Notes: generated by a model from the sequence alone, not told the origin. A stretch of 64,000 nt of DNA from Candidatus Omnitrophota bacterium (GCA_018830005.1 JAHJTE010000002.1:203809-267808); one strand, 5' to 3'; shown: positions 17,200 to 26,996, counted from the stretch's first letter. Numbers and translations are program-made.

Positions 17200-19844
17200 T
17201 TTTTAATCTTGTCCTTATTAATTTTTAAAATCTCTGGTATCTCTCCTATAAGCTGTTGAATTTTATCGCTATCACAGGAGCCCTGCGCAAGTTTAGATCT
17301 TCCGCCTCCACTTGCAAGCGCGCCCATCTGGCTAATCCTTGCTATCAAAACATGAAGTACGCCCACATCAGAGCCTTTATCAGCAGCCTGATATCCAGCC
17401 TTTACTAAATCATCCGTCATTTTTACAACAAAAATTCCTTTTTTTTCTAAAATCGACCCTAAAACTATAATTAACCCCTGAGCCTTCTCTTCAAGAAAAT
17501 CCGTCAATCTGCGTAATTGGTCACGATCACAATCTTTTAAAAAGATAGAGATGCATTTAACTCCTTCTTCAATCTCTCCTGCCTGCTCTAAAAATGAAGA
17601 GATTTCTTCTTTAAATGTCTTTTCTTTGACCTCAACTGAATGATGCCGCAATTCCTTTTCTCTGGATTCTTTTTCTTTCCTTAGGCGTTCTTCGCTCTCT
17701 TTTTTCTTCTTTTGTGCTTGGAAATCTCTTGCATATTTCTCAGTGCAAGCCTGGATTCTTCTAATCCCGCTTGCAATAGATGATTCCTTCATTATTTTAA
17801 AAAAACCAATTTGACCGGTTGATTCTAAATGTGAACCGCCACATAATTCCTTTGAATAATCACCGATTGAGACTACCCTCACAGAATCTTCATAGCGATC
17901 GCCAAAGAATGCCAAAGCACCTCTGGCCTTTGCACTTTCTAAAGAGGTAATCTCTTTATTTAATTTATCATTTAAGACTATAAAGCTATTAACTAAATCT
18001 TCAATTTTTCCTAACTCTTCATTTTTGATTGCCCTCGGATGTGTAAAATCAAAACGAAGATAGGAGTCAGTTACCAGGGAACCTTGCTGGCGTACATGCG
18101 GACCTAAAATCTTGCGCAACGCTGCCTGTAATAAATGCGTTGCTGTGTGATTTCTCATTATAGCCAATCTACGCTCATAATCTATAGAGGCACGCACCTC
18201 ATCATTTATCGCAATCTCTCCTTTTAGAATTTTACCTTTATGTACTATTGCCCCTTCAATTGCCAAGGTATTAATTATCTCAATTTTCGTTTTTTCGTTT
18301 TCTAAAAAACCTGTATCACCCACCTGACCACCACTCTCAGCATAAAAGGGTGTCTTATCCAAGATTATTTCAACAAAACTAAGACTTTTGGCCTTACCAA
18401 TGTGAGACTTTTTCTTACCTTCCTCTTTAAATATAGCTATGACTTTTGCGGAAATGGTTTTGGCATCTACAAATTCAATGTCTGAGCGCTTAAAATCATA
18501 TAATTTTTCAAAAATCGAGCTTGAAAGCTTCGACGCACCCCGGGAACGCTTACGCTGCTTATCCAAGAGTTTTGAAAATTTTTTCTTGTCACATCTGATT
18601 TGGAATCTTTCAGCCTCTTTTTCCATCAGGTCCCAAGGCAGGCCAAACGTATCATAAAATTTAAACAAGGTTTCTGCTGGAACCTCAGAAACACTCTTAT
18701 CTCTCAATTCCTTAACTGCCTCAATAAATTCTGGAACGCGCGTCTTTAAGGTATCTATAAAACGTTCTTCTTCGGCCTGAATAATTGAAGCTATATTTTC
18801 ACGCTGGGCTCCTAAGTCTGAATAGGCCTTCTGCATTTTTCGCACCAAGCTGTCAACTAACTTATACAAAAATGCGCTCTCTATGCCTAATTCTCTTCCA
18901 AAGGCAGAGGCGCGCCGAATAAGACTCCTGATTACATAACCTCTTTCTTCGTTAGAAGGATATATGCCATCAGCAATTCCAAAACAAACTGCACGCAGAT
19001 GATCTGCTATGGCCCTGACTCTGAATTTCTTCTTAAGTTCATCCAGATGAATATCTTCCGAAACTAAAGTCAAGATCTCGCCAATTATAGGTGTAAATAA
19101 ATCTGTCTCGTAATTAGTCTCTACATTCTGCATTACAGCGCAGAGTCGCTCTAAGCCCATACCTGTATCAATGTTTTTCTGGGGTAAAGGATAAAGCTGA
19201 GCATCGGCCTTGCGTTCAAATTGGGTAAATACGAGATTCCACACCTCCACAAAACGTCCACAGTCACATGCAGGAGAACAGCTTTTATTACCGCATCCGA
19301 CTTTTGTACCTAAGTCAAAGAATATCTCTGAGCAGGGTCCACAAGGACCGTTGGGGCCTTTAATCCTTGCCTCAGAAGGCCAAAAATTTTCTTTATCTTG
19401 AAATTTTAAGATTCTTTCTTTATTGATTCCGATATCTTCTAGCCATATTGAAAAACTCTCATCATCTTCAGTGTATACCGAAACCCATAATCTAGATTTA
19501 TCTATCTTCAATTCTTGCGTTAAAAATTCCCAGGCAAGTTGAATTGCCTCTTTCTTAAAATAATCACCAAAGGAGAAATTCCCCAACATCTCAAAGAATG
19601 TATGGTGCCCGCTTGTTTTTCCTACCCTCTCCAAATCACCAGTGCGCAAACACTTCTGACAAGTAGCAACCCGCCCGGATTTAACATCAATGCCTAAAAA
19701 CTGGTTCTTAAATTGATTCATGCCGGCTGAGGTAAAAAGTACACTCGGATCAGATGTAGGAACTAAAGAATCGCTCGGCATTATCTTATGAGCGTGTCTT
19801 TGAAAAAAATCGAGAAACTTCCCTCTTAAGGTATCTGCATCCAT
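17196..19844 (-). CDS. alaS: Alanine--tRNA ligase
   Basis: Motifs LFTSAGMNQFK, HHTFFEMLGNFSFGDYFK, IDTGMGLER, the editing site NHTATHLL...ELCGGSH, and DHHA1 GGGR. Confidence 0.98.
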   Translation of the reverse strand: MDADTLRGKFLDFFQRHAHKIMPSDSLVPTSDPSVLFTSAGMNQFKNQFLGIDVKSGRVATCQKCLRTGDLERVGKTSGHHTFFEMLGNFSFGDYFKKEAIQLAWEFLTQELKIDKSRLWVSVYTEDDESFSIWLEDIGINKERILKFQDKENFWPSEARIKGPNGPCGPCSEIFFDLGTKVGCGNKSCSPACDCGRFVEVWNLVFTQFERKADAQLYPLPQKNIDTGMGLERLCAVMQNVETNYETDLFTPIIGEILTLVSEDIHLDELKKKFRVRAIADHLRAVCFGIADGIYPSNEERGYVIRSLIRRASAFGRELGIESAFLYKLVDSLVRKMQKAYSDLGAQRENIASIIQAEEERFIDTLKTRVPEFIEAVKELRDKSVSEVPAETLFKFYDTFGLPWDLMEKEAERFQIRCDKKKFSKLLDKQRKRSRGASKLSSSIFEKLYDFKRSDIEFVDAKTISAKVIAIFKEEGKKKSHIGKAKSLSFVEIILDKTPFYAESGGQVGDTGFLENEKTKIEIINTLAIEGAIVHKGKILKGEIAINDEVRASIDYERRLAIMRNHTATHLLQAALRKILGPHVRQQGSLVTDSYLRFDFTHPRAIKNEELGKIEDLVNSFIVLNDKLNKEITSLESAKARGALAFFGDRYEDSVRVVSIGDYSKELCGGSHLESTGQIGFFKIMKESSIASGIRRIQACTEKYARDFQAQKKKKESEERLRKEKESREKELRHHSVEVKEKTFKEEISSFLEQAGEIEEGVKCISIFLKDCDRDQLRRLTDFLEEKAQGLIIVLGSILEKKGIFVVKMTDDLVKAGYQAADKGSDVGVLHVLIARISQMGALASGGGRSKLAQGSCDSDKIQQLIGEIPEILKINKDKIKK

Positions 19845-19854
19845 AAACTATTTT

Positions 19855-20334
19855 CTAACGGCTAATTGTTCTATCTAAAACTGTTATAATGTCGCCGGAG
19901 GAGAATCCCCTGCCTAGCAGGTAGCGGTATAACTTCCCTTTGACTTTGATTCCATCCTTCTCTTGCTTGCGAAGTGAGCGCATTTTTTTGTTTGTTAATG
20001 AGGCAAGGACATCTGACTCTGAATCCTTAAATCTAACTTGTTGCAAAATCAACTTCAGGATATCCTCACCTATGCCCTTTTGCCTTAATTCAAGAATGAT
20101 TTTTTTTAATCCGAAGCTTGACTTTAGGCGAAAATCTATCCATTCTCTGGCAAATCTCGCATCATCAACGTAGCCTAAGCTCTCCAATCTTGAAATTACC
20201 TTCTTTATTGTCTGGGAAGAATATTTTCTTCTATAAAGCTTATCTCTTATTTCCTTTTGGCTACGATTTCTATAGGCCAGGAGACGAAACACATAATTCT
20301 TAGCCCTAGCCTCATCCTGCTCGAATCGCTTCAT
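19855..20334 (-). CDS. recX: Regulatory protein RecX
   Basis: LLAYRNRSQKEIRDKL, GYVDDARFA, GLKKI..EL.QKGI and YL.GRGF. Likely ATG at 20334 overlapping the degP stop. Confidence 0.9.
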   Translation of the reverse strand: MKRFEQDEARAKNYVFRLLAYRNRSQKEIRDKLYRRKYSSQTIKKVISRLESLGYVDDARFAREWIDFRLKSSFGLKKIILELRQKGIGEDILKLILQQVRFKDSESDVLASLTNKKMRSLRKQEKDGIKVKGKLYRYLLGRGFSSGDIITVLDRTISR

Positions 20335-21860
20335 TTGGAAGAAATGACAAAATAACCACGCGATGTCCTGACTAGACAATCGCCTTTTACGTTTTCCTTA
20401 ATCCGGTTAAAATCAACGATATTGGAAACCTCATTTTTGTTTAATTCCACTATTATATCACCCACAACTATACCAGCATCATCAGCCAGGGAAGCTGGTT
20501 CTACATCAACTACTACTACGCCGTTTCTTTCTTCGATTTTATAACGGCGTCTAAGCGACTCGTTTAAGCCTTCAACGGCCAATCCCCGCCATCTTTCCTT
20601 AATGTCACCTGAGTCAACTCTGCCAGATGCTAATTTTTCTTCACTCGGCCGCTGGCCAATCTTAACCTGTAATGTTGTGCGTCTTCCATCGCGCATAACA
20701 ACAATTTTAGCCTTGTTTCCTACAACACTCTCACCTACAACCTTAAGAAGATCGCGAGTATCTTTTATTCTATTATTATCAAATTCCAAAATCACATCTG
20801 AACTCTTCATGCCTGCTTCCTTAGCAGGTCCATCCTCAAGCACGTTCACTACCAAAACTCCTTCTGCCGAATCCAATTTCATATATGTGGTTAATTTTTC
20901 ATCAATATTCTGGATCGTAATCCCAAGCCAACCGTATACAACTTCCTCGCCTTTTATCAATTTTGAAACTATACGCTTGGCATTATTTATGGGAATAGCA
21001 AATCCTATGCCCTCATAGCCACCGCTGGTAGAAAATATTGCCACGTTTATACCAATAATCTCTCCCTTAAGATTAACCAACGGCCCGCCTGAATTACCAG
21101 GGTTGATTGCTGCATCAGTCTGGATAAGATCAGAATAATCCTTTTCCCGGCCAAAGGCACGCCCTAAAGAACGATGCAAGGCACTTACAACCCCTGCGGT
21201 AACAGTAGGCTCTGGATTCTGCAAGGCAAAACCAAAAGGATTACCAACAGCAACAACCCATTGCCCAATCTTTAATTCACGAGAGTCACCCAGGACTGCA
21301 GTAGGCAGATTATTCGCATCAATCTTAATTACTGCCAGATCAGAACGCGAATCAGAGCCCTTAAGCACTGCCTTGAACTCTCTGCCATCAGAAAGTTTTA
21401 CTGTCAACTTATCTGCATTTTTCACTACATGTTCATTTGTGAGGATGTAGCCGTTAGCATCAATTATAACGCCTGAGCCCAGACCTATACTCTTAAACTC
21501 TCTATCCGGCAACTGACCAAGAAAATCGTCAAAGAATTTATTGAAGAAATCATCCTCAAAAGGACCTTCGCTAAAAGGAGCGCTATATCTCTTGCTATAT
21601 TTTCTCTGCTGTACAGATTCTGAACTTATAGACACAACCGCCTTGCCTATTCTCTCAGCAACATTGATTACGGCATTCTCAAACGAGTTATCCTCAAATA
21701 CATTTGCCTGGCTGCCTGATGTATAATCAAAATCAGCACTCTGCGTCTTAGTGTCTATATTAAACCTTGCTGTCAGAGTCAAGCCAATAATCAACCCGAC
21801 TAAAAGGGCAAACGAAAGCAGGGCAAATTTATTCTTTTGAAAAATATTAAACAGAAACAT
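20331..21860 (-). CDS. degP: HtrA/DegP (Do) family serine endoprotease with two PDZ domains
   Basis: Motifs GLGSGVII, LTNEHVV, DLAVIKI and QTDAAINPGNSGGPL, plus two PDZ domains. Start set at the ATG at 21860, which has an AAGGAGG SD. Confidence 0.92.
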   Translation of the reverse strand: MFLFNIFQKNKFALLSFALLVGLIIGLTLTARFNIDTKTQSADFDYTSGSQANVFEDNSFENAVINVAERIGKAVVSISSESVQQRKYSKRYSAPFSEGPFEDDFFNKFFDDFLGQLPDREFKSIGLGSGVIIDANGYILTNEHVVKNADKLTVKLSDGREFKAVLKGSDSRSDLAVIKIDANNLPTAVLGDSRELKIGQWVVAVGNPFGFALQNPEPTVTAGVVSALHRSLGRAFGREKDYSDLIQTDAAINPGNSGGPLVNLKGEIIGINVAIFSTSGGYEGIGFAIPINNAKRIVSKLIKGEEVVYGWLGITIQNIDEKLTTYMKLDSAEGVLVVNVLEDGPAKEAGMKSSDVILEFDNNRIKDTRDLLKVVGESVVGNKAKIVVMRDGRRTTLQVKIGQRPSEEKLASGRVDSGDIKERWRGLAVEGLNESLRRRYKIEERNGVVVVDVEPASLADDAGIVVGDIIVELNKNEVSNIVDFNRIKENVKGDCLVRTSRGYFVISSK

Positions 21861-21873
21861 AAAATATCCTCCT

Positions 21874-22902
21874 TTACATTTTATCCTTAATAGCTTCCTT
21901 AATCTTTGCCTCAATCTCTTTTATAAGTTTTTGATTATCTTTTAGATATTGCTTTGCCTTTTCTTTACCTTGGCCTAATTTTAGTTTTTCATATACATAC
22001 CAGGTCCCAGATTTTTCGACAATTTCGCATTTGGCCGCAGTATCTAATAAATTGCCTAACCAATCAATGCCTTCCTTGTAAAAAATTTCAAATTCTGTTT
22101 CTTTAAATGGTGGCGCAACTTTGTTTTTTACAATCCGCGCCCTTACTTTATTGCCGATAACCTCATCGCCAGATTTGATGACTCCCAGACGGCGCAAATC
22201 AATTCGCACTGATGAATAGAACTTTAAAGCCCTGCCACCCGGGGTTGTCTCAGGATTCCCAAACATAATCCCAATCTTCATCCTAATCTGATTAATAAAA
22301 ATCACGGATGTCTTGGATTTACTGATAGCGGCAGTAAGCTTTCGCAAGGCCTGGCTCATTAGGCGCGCCTGTAATCCAATAAATGTATCTCCCATTTCAC
22401 CTTCAATCTCAGCACGCGGGGTCAAGGCAGCGACAGAATCAATAACTACTAGATCTACGGCATTAGAACGGACTAGGGTCTCTACGATTTCCAATGCCTG
22501 TTCTCCAGTATCAGGCTGAGAAATCAACAAATCATCAAGATTAATACCTATTTTCTTGGCGTAGGCAGAATCAAAGGCATGTTCAGCATCAATAAAAGCC
22601 GCCACCCCGCCTTTTTTCTGGGCCTGGCATATTACGCTTAAAGTAAGTGTTGTTTTTCCCGATGACTCTGGGCCAAATATCTCTATTACCCTGCCGCGCG
22701 GTATACCTCCGACGCCTAAAGCCAAATCAAGGGAAAATGCACCTGTTGGTATTGAATCTATATTCAAAACCACATTTGAACCCAACTTCATAATCGAGCC
22801 CTTACCAAATTGTTTCTCAATCTGATTAAGGGCTAATTCCAAGGCCTTCTGACGCTCATTAACACTTGTGGATACGTCTTCTTTTTTCTTAGGAATACTC
22901 AT
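21874..22902 (-). CDS. recA: Recombinase A
   Basis: Motifs [33 protein letters not shown] and GGRALKFY. Start at the ATG at 22902 with a GGAGG SD; no intein. Confidence 0.98.
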   Translation of the reverse strand: MSIPKKKEDVSTSVNERQKALELALNQIEKQFGKGSIMKLGSNVVLNIDSIPTGAFSLDLALGVGGIPRGRVIEIFGPESSGKTTLTLSVICQAQKKGGVAAFIDAEHAFDSAYAKKIGINLDDLLISQPDTGEQALEIVETLVRSNAVDLVVIDSVAALTPRAEIEGEMGDTFIGLQARLMSQALRKLTAAISKSKTSVIFINQIRMKIGIMFGNPETTPGGRALKFYSSVRIDLRRLGVIKSGDEVIGNKVRARIVKNKVAPPFKETEFEIFYKEGIDWLGNLLDTAAKCEIVEKSGTWYVYEKLKLGQGKEKAKQYLKDNQKLIKEIEAKIKEAIKDKM

Positions 22903-22924
22903 ATTTCTCCTCCACTTTGCTCTT

Positions 22925-22951
22925 CCCATATAATCCCTCGGATTGTATGGG
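22925..22951. other. Stable hairpin in the recA leader
   Basis: CCCATATAATCC-CTC-GGATTGTATGGG, 11 of 12 pairs Watson-Crick, just upstream of the recA SD. Confidence 0.7.
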
Positions 22952-23089
22952 GCACAATACACAGGTTTACACAGATTAAAGCAGAAATCTTCATTTGCAG
23001 GGTGAAAGGCGGGATGCGACCTTATCAAGGCCTCTTCATCCTCATATTATCAGCTCAAATTCAGGTAGAATCTAGGAAAATTGCATTTT

Positions 23090-23118
23090 ATTTTACACCA
23101 TATATTATTGCCTGTCAA
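23090..23118 (-). promoter_or_regulatory. Sigma70 promoter upstream of recA
   Basis: Minus strand TTGACA(23118-23113)-N17-TAAAAT(23095-23090). Confidence 0.8.
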
Positions 23119-23274
23119 TCAGTTATTACCAATGTGCCTGCCTCGTTTTTTTGCTCTTTTGAAGTATGAAAAATAGGCAATAATCAGTCTTAAGATCTAT
23201 TGAAGTATAAACAAAAAATCAAGAAATAATGGCTTAGGTGCTTTCAGAATATGTGCAAAAAGTAGCAAGAATGG

Positions 23275-26200
23275 CTATTCTTTTAATGCGGGAGATTTTA
23301 CTGGCTTGGGTTTTGAGGCATCGGCTGCCTCCTGTTTAGCAAATTTAACAGAGACTATCTTAGAAACTCCAGATTCCTGCATAGTGATGCCATACATAAC
23401 ATCAGCATTGGTAATGGTCTTTTTATTATGGGTTATGATGATAAACTGTGTCGTCTTAATAAATTCCTGCAGCACCTTATTATATCTATCAATATTACTC
23501 TCATCAAGTGCTGCATCTATCTCATCTAAGACACAGAATGGTGAAGGCTTCACCTTAAATACGGCAAAAATTAAGGCAATTGCAGAAAGTGACTTCTCTC
23601 CACCTGAAAGCAGTGATATGTTCTGTAATTTCTTTCCAGGCGGACGACACACAATTTCAATACCGGACTCTAAGATATTGTTTTCATCACTGAGCAAAAG
23701 CTGGGCATCTCCGCCATTAAACAACAATCTGAAATAATCCTTAAAATGATCTCTAATCTTTTCAAATGTCTCTTTGAACATCTTCCGAGTTGTCTGGTTA
23801 ATTTTAAGTATTGCCTTGTGGATAGAATCCTTGGCAGTTAACAAATCATTCTGTTGATTTAATAAGAATTCAAATCTTTTTTTGAGTTCTTCATATTCTT
23901 CAATAGCAACAAGATTTACATTTCCGTAAGAATCGACTTTTTGCTTTAACTTCTCAATCTCTGCATCTATCTCTAATGTAGACTCCTGCGACAACTGCTG
24001 GCAAGTATCGCCAACTATATCCAAATTAACATGGTAGCTGGCTTCAATTCTGTTTTTAAGATTTAAGATCTTGAAATTTATCTCTTGTTCTTTCGATGTT
24101 ATCTGAAAATTGGCCTGGCGACTTTTATCAAGCATGGTATTCTCTTGGTTAGTATCTTCTTGAATTGCATTAATCTTCTCTAAGGTGACTTCCTTTTCCT
24201 GTTTCAATGCTCCTAAGCGGACCAAGACCTCTTCCTTGCCTTTAGTTGTCGATTCAATATCTATTTTTGCTTTCTCAATTTGCCCAATTAGCCGCTTAGC
24301 CTTATTTCGGCAATCCTCACTCTCAGCCTGGTTAAGTGTATCTTTTTCTTTATCCTGAGTGAGTGAGGCCTCGATTATCCGTAATGAATTCTCTAGGGAC
24401 TGATGCCTAGGAGCAATGTTTGCAATTAAGGTCTCCAATTGAGCGATGTCCACTGTTTGTGACTCGCGCTTCTGGATTAAATCAGCAATCAGCTCTTCAG
24501 ATTGAGAAATAGACTGCTCATTATTTTTAATTTCAGAGTCGATTGAATCTACTTTATTATTTGATTTCTCTAGGGCCTCACGCAGTGTGGTCATTTCTGA
24601 TGTGACTTCCTGAAATTCCTCCTCTACGATATTTGCTTCCCCATTTAATTTATTAATCTCCTCTTTAAACAAATCAAATTGCATTTTCGTATTAGCAAAA
24701 GAAATCTCTTCTTTCTTTAATTCTTCCTCTTTTTGCATTTGAGATCTGGATCCTGCTTGAATAAGGTCTAGGAGTTCGTTTTTCTTGAGGCCTTCTTGCG
24801 CAAGCCTAGCCTCAAGCGCCTCTTCTTCTTCGGCAATCTTTTCAATATCCAGATCAATAATTTTTAATTTAACCTTTATTTGCTTCTTGCTGCCGCCCTC
24901 AAACTGGAGGCTATTTAATAAATTCTCCTCTATTTGTTCAATAGTATCAACTTTTGCCAAAATACCCATACCTGGCTTTAGATTATCAGCCTCAAAGATA
25001 ATTATGCCATCGCAGGCATCAGGAAAATCACCATATTTCGATTTAAGATTTTGCAAAAATTCTTTTTTAGACACTAAATTAGAAAGTTTTTTCTCAAGAG
25101 TCACTATGTCTTCTTCTAATTTTTTTAACGTGAGCTTATTATTAGAAAGATTCTCTCTTTCAGCTTCCAGTGTTTCCCTTATCGCCTGGACTGCATCTGT
25201 CTTTTCTTTAAAACTAGCTTCGGCCTGGCTAAAATTAGCTTCAACGCCTTGCTTTTCTTCGTTGACCTTTGCCCTCTCAATCTGAAGCCTCCTGCTTCTG
25301 GCAGAAAGAGCATTTGAATCACTCAACAGTTTAGAGGCGTCATTTCTTGCCTTGCTTAAATTAGTTGCCAATTCCAAAATATTCTTCTTTGCACGCTTGA
25401 TTGTCTCGCGTGCTGACTCGATCTCATCAATTGTAGAACTGAGTACCTCCTTTTTCACTTTTAACTGATTTTCCTTTTCCCGGGCGTTTTTATCAAAATC
25501 AGAAAGCTCACTTTTGATTGCTTGCGATCTTTCCTGCTCACCTTTAATTCTTTCGGAAATCAAATCTTTTTCTTTGGTTAAGGCGGTGATTCTTTGCTCA
25601 TATTCTTCAATCCGCTCTTTATTAACAGCTATCTGCTCATTAAATCTTTCTGCAGCGCTATCCGCCTTAAGGGCATCTATATCAGCTAATTCAATGTTTG
25701 AGGCGATTTCATTAAAGCGTGTTCGCAGATCTTTTAAATTTTCTATTTTGCTTGCAATTGCGGCCTCTATATCTTTGCTCTCGTTTACTGATAATGTCTT
25801 CTCAGCCGCCAATTCCTTTATTTGGTTATTAAACTGATCTAATTGGAAATATGCCTTGTCTATCTCCAAATCTTTCAGATGCTGAAAAACCTCCTTATAG
25901 CGCCTTGCCTTTGCTGCTTGACGCTCCACAGAACCTATCTGACGCTTAACCTCAGCAATAATATCTGAGAGTCTTAATAAATTATCCTCGGTATATTTTA
26001 ATTTATTTAGGGCCTCTTTTTTCTTGGCCTTATATTTAGTAATTCCTGCTGCCTCATCAAAAATCGCCCTTCTGTCTTCCGGACGCGAACTTAAAACAAG
26101 ATCAATCTTACCCTGCTCAACCAAAGAATAAGATTCACTGGCGATTCCAGTGCCCATTAGAAGCTCATTTATATCCTTTAGTCGGACGCGGCTCTTATTT

Positions 26201-26541
26201 AGAAGATATTCGCTTTCTCCAGAACGAAAGAGTCGACGCGTAATAGTTATCTCTGAATAATCAACAGGAAAGAATTTACTTTCATTGGAAAAGGTTAAGC
26301 TAACCTCGGCAAATCCTAAAGCCGGCTTGCTGGAAGTGCCATTAAATATCACGTCCTCCATACTCACCCCGCGCATGGCCTTAACTGACTGCTCACCTAA
26401 AACCCAGCGTATTGAATCAAAGATATTACTCTTACCGCATCCATTTGGGCCGACTACTGCGGTAACGCCCGGTTCAAAATTCAAAACCGTCTTTTCCAAA
26501 AATGACTTAAATCCTAGAAGTTCTAATTTTTTAAAATACAT
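23275..26541 (-). CDS. smc: Chromosome partition protein SMC with a non-canonical short hinge
   Basis: GFKSF, GPNGCGKSN, Q-loop, LSGGEK, DEIDAALD and ITH are intact, with long coiled coils. The central hinge is reduced to about 60 aa. Confidence 0.93.
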   Translation of the reverse strand: MYFKKLELLGFKSFLEKTVLNFEPGVTAVVGPNGCGKSNIFDSIRWVLGEQSVKAMRGVSMEDVIFNGTSSKPALGFAEVSLTFSNESKFFPVDYSEITITRRLFRSGESEYLLNKSRVRLKDINELLMGTGIASESYSLVEQGKIDLVLSSRPEDRRAIFDEAAGITKYKAKKKEALNKLKYTEDNLLRLSDIIAEVKRQIGSVERQAAKARRYKEVFQHLKDLEIDKAYFQLDQFNNQIKELAAEKTLSVNESKDIEAAIASKIENLKDLRTRFNEIASNIELADIDALKADSAAERFNEQIAVNKERIEEYEQRITALTKEKDLISERIKGEQERSQAIKSELSDFDKNAREKENQLKVKKEVLSSTIDEIESARETIKRAKKNILELATNLSKARNDASKLLSDSNALSARSRRLQIERAKVNEEKQGVEANFSQAEASFKEKTDAVQAIRETLEAERENLSNNKLTLKKLEEDIVTLEKKLSNLVSKKEFLQNLKSKYGDFPDACDGIIIFEADNLKPGMGILAKVDTIEQIEENLLNSLQFEGGSKKQIKVKLKIIDLDIEKIAEEEEALEARLAQEGLKKNELLDLIQAGSRSQMQKEEELKKEEISFANTKMQFDLFKEEINKLNGEANIVEEEFQEVTSEMTTLREALEKSNNKVDSIDSEIKNNEQSISQSEELIADLIQKRESQTVDIAQLETLIANIAPRHQSLENSLRIIEASLTQDKEKDTLNQAESEDCRNKAKRLIGQIEKAKIDIESTTKGKEEVLVRLGALKQEKEVTLEKINAIQEDTNQENTMLDKSRQANFQITSKEQEINFKILNLKNRIEASYHVNLDIVGDTCQQLSQESTLEIDAEIEKLKQKVDSYGNVNLVAIEEYEELKKRFEFLLNQQNDLLTAKDSIHKAILKINQTTRKMFKETFEKIRDHFKDYFRLLFNGGDAQLLLSDENNILESGIEIVCRPPGKKLQNISLLSGGEKSLSAIALIFAVFKVKPSPFCVLDEIDAALDESNIDRYNKVLQEFIKTTQFIIITHNKKTITNADVMYGITMQESGVSKIVSVKFAKQEAADASKPKPVKSPALKE

Positions 26542-26590
26542 ATTTAACTTTTTAATCGGCCTCTAATCTGGAGGCTTCGGGGTTATGGTC

Positions 26591-26959
26591 TCATTTACCT
26601 TTATTATTTAAATTCAGAACTCCAAATACATATTTGGATATCTTTTCCTGGTCTTCCTTGGCAATATCCCTAAATTCAATACCTGCCTCATATTCTTCCT
26701 GGGCATCTTTGCCTCCAACCTTAAACATATCTATCCATACTATCTTGCCCGTTGTCTCGATTGGCTCTGATTGTTCTGGAAGAAATAATTTTAATTTCAA
26801 TAAAGTATCTTTTTGGATGAGCGAATCTAAAAATAGGCAAATACCGCCTTGACTCAGATTTTTCGTAAAGGATCCAGTTCTATCGCCTCTGGATTCAATA
26901 ATATCGTATTCAACCCTCACGCGTGTATCTAAACGAATGAATTTTCTTCTCTCCTGCAT
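26591..26959 (-). CDS. Stand-alone PilZ domain protein (c-di-GMP receptor)
   Basis: RRKFIR (RxxxR) and NLSQGG (D/NxSxxG) motifs, plus GKIVW...GIEF. Confidence 0.9.
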   Translation of the reverse strand: MQERRKFIRLDTRVRVEYDIIESRGDRTGSFTKNLSQGGICLFLDSLIQKDTLLKLKLFLPEQSEPIETTGKIVWIDMFKVGGKDAQEEYEAGIEFRDIAKEDQEKISKYVFGVLNLNNKGK

Positions 26960-26996
26960 ATTGAATCACCCCTTTTAACATACCGCAACTTTTAAT

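Noticed and set aside
22903-23028. 42-aa Cys-containing N-terminal extension of RecA from a TTG
   Set aside because: A strong GGAGG SD precedes the ATG at 22902 and the extension has no RecA similarity; the region is better explained as a leader.
22980-23050. Resemblance to SAM-I (CTTATCAAG) or c-di-GMP-I riboswitch, or to 6S RNA
   Set aside because: Only a few nucleotides match, on the wrong strand for recA. The core motifs and the end-to-end 6S pairing are absent.
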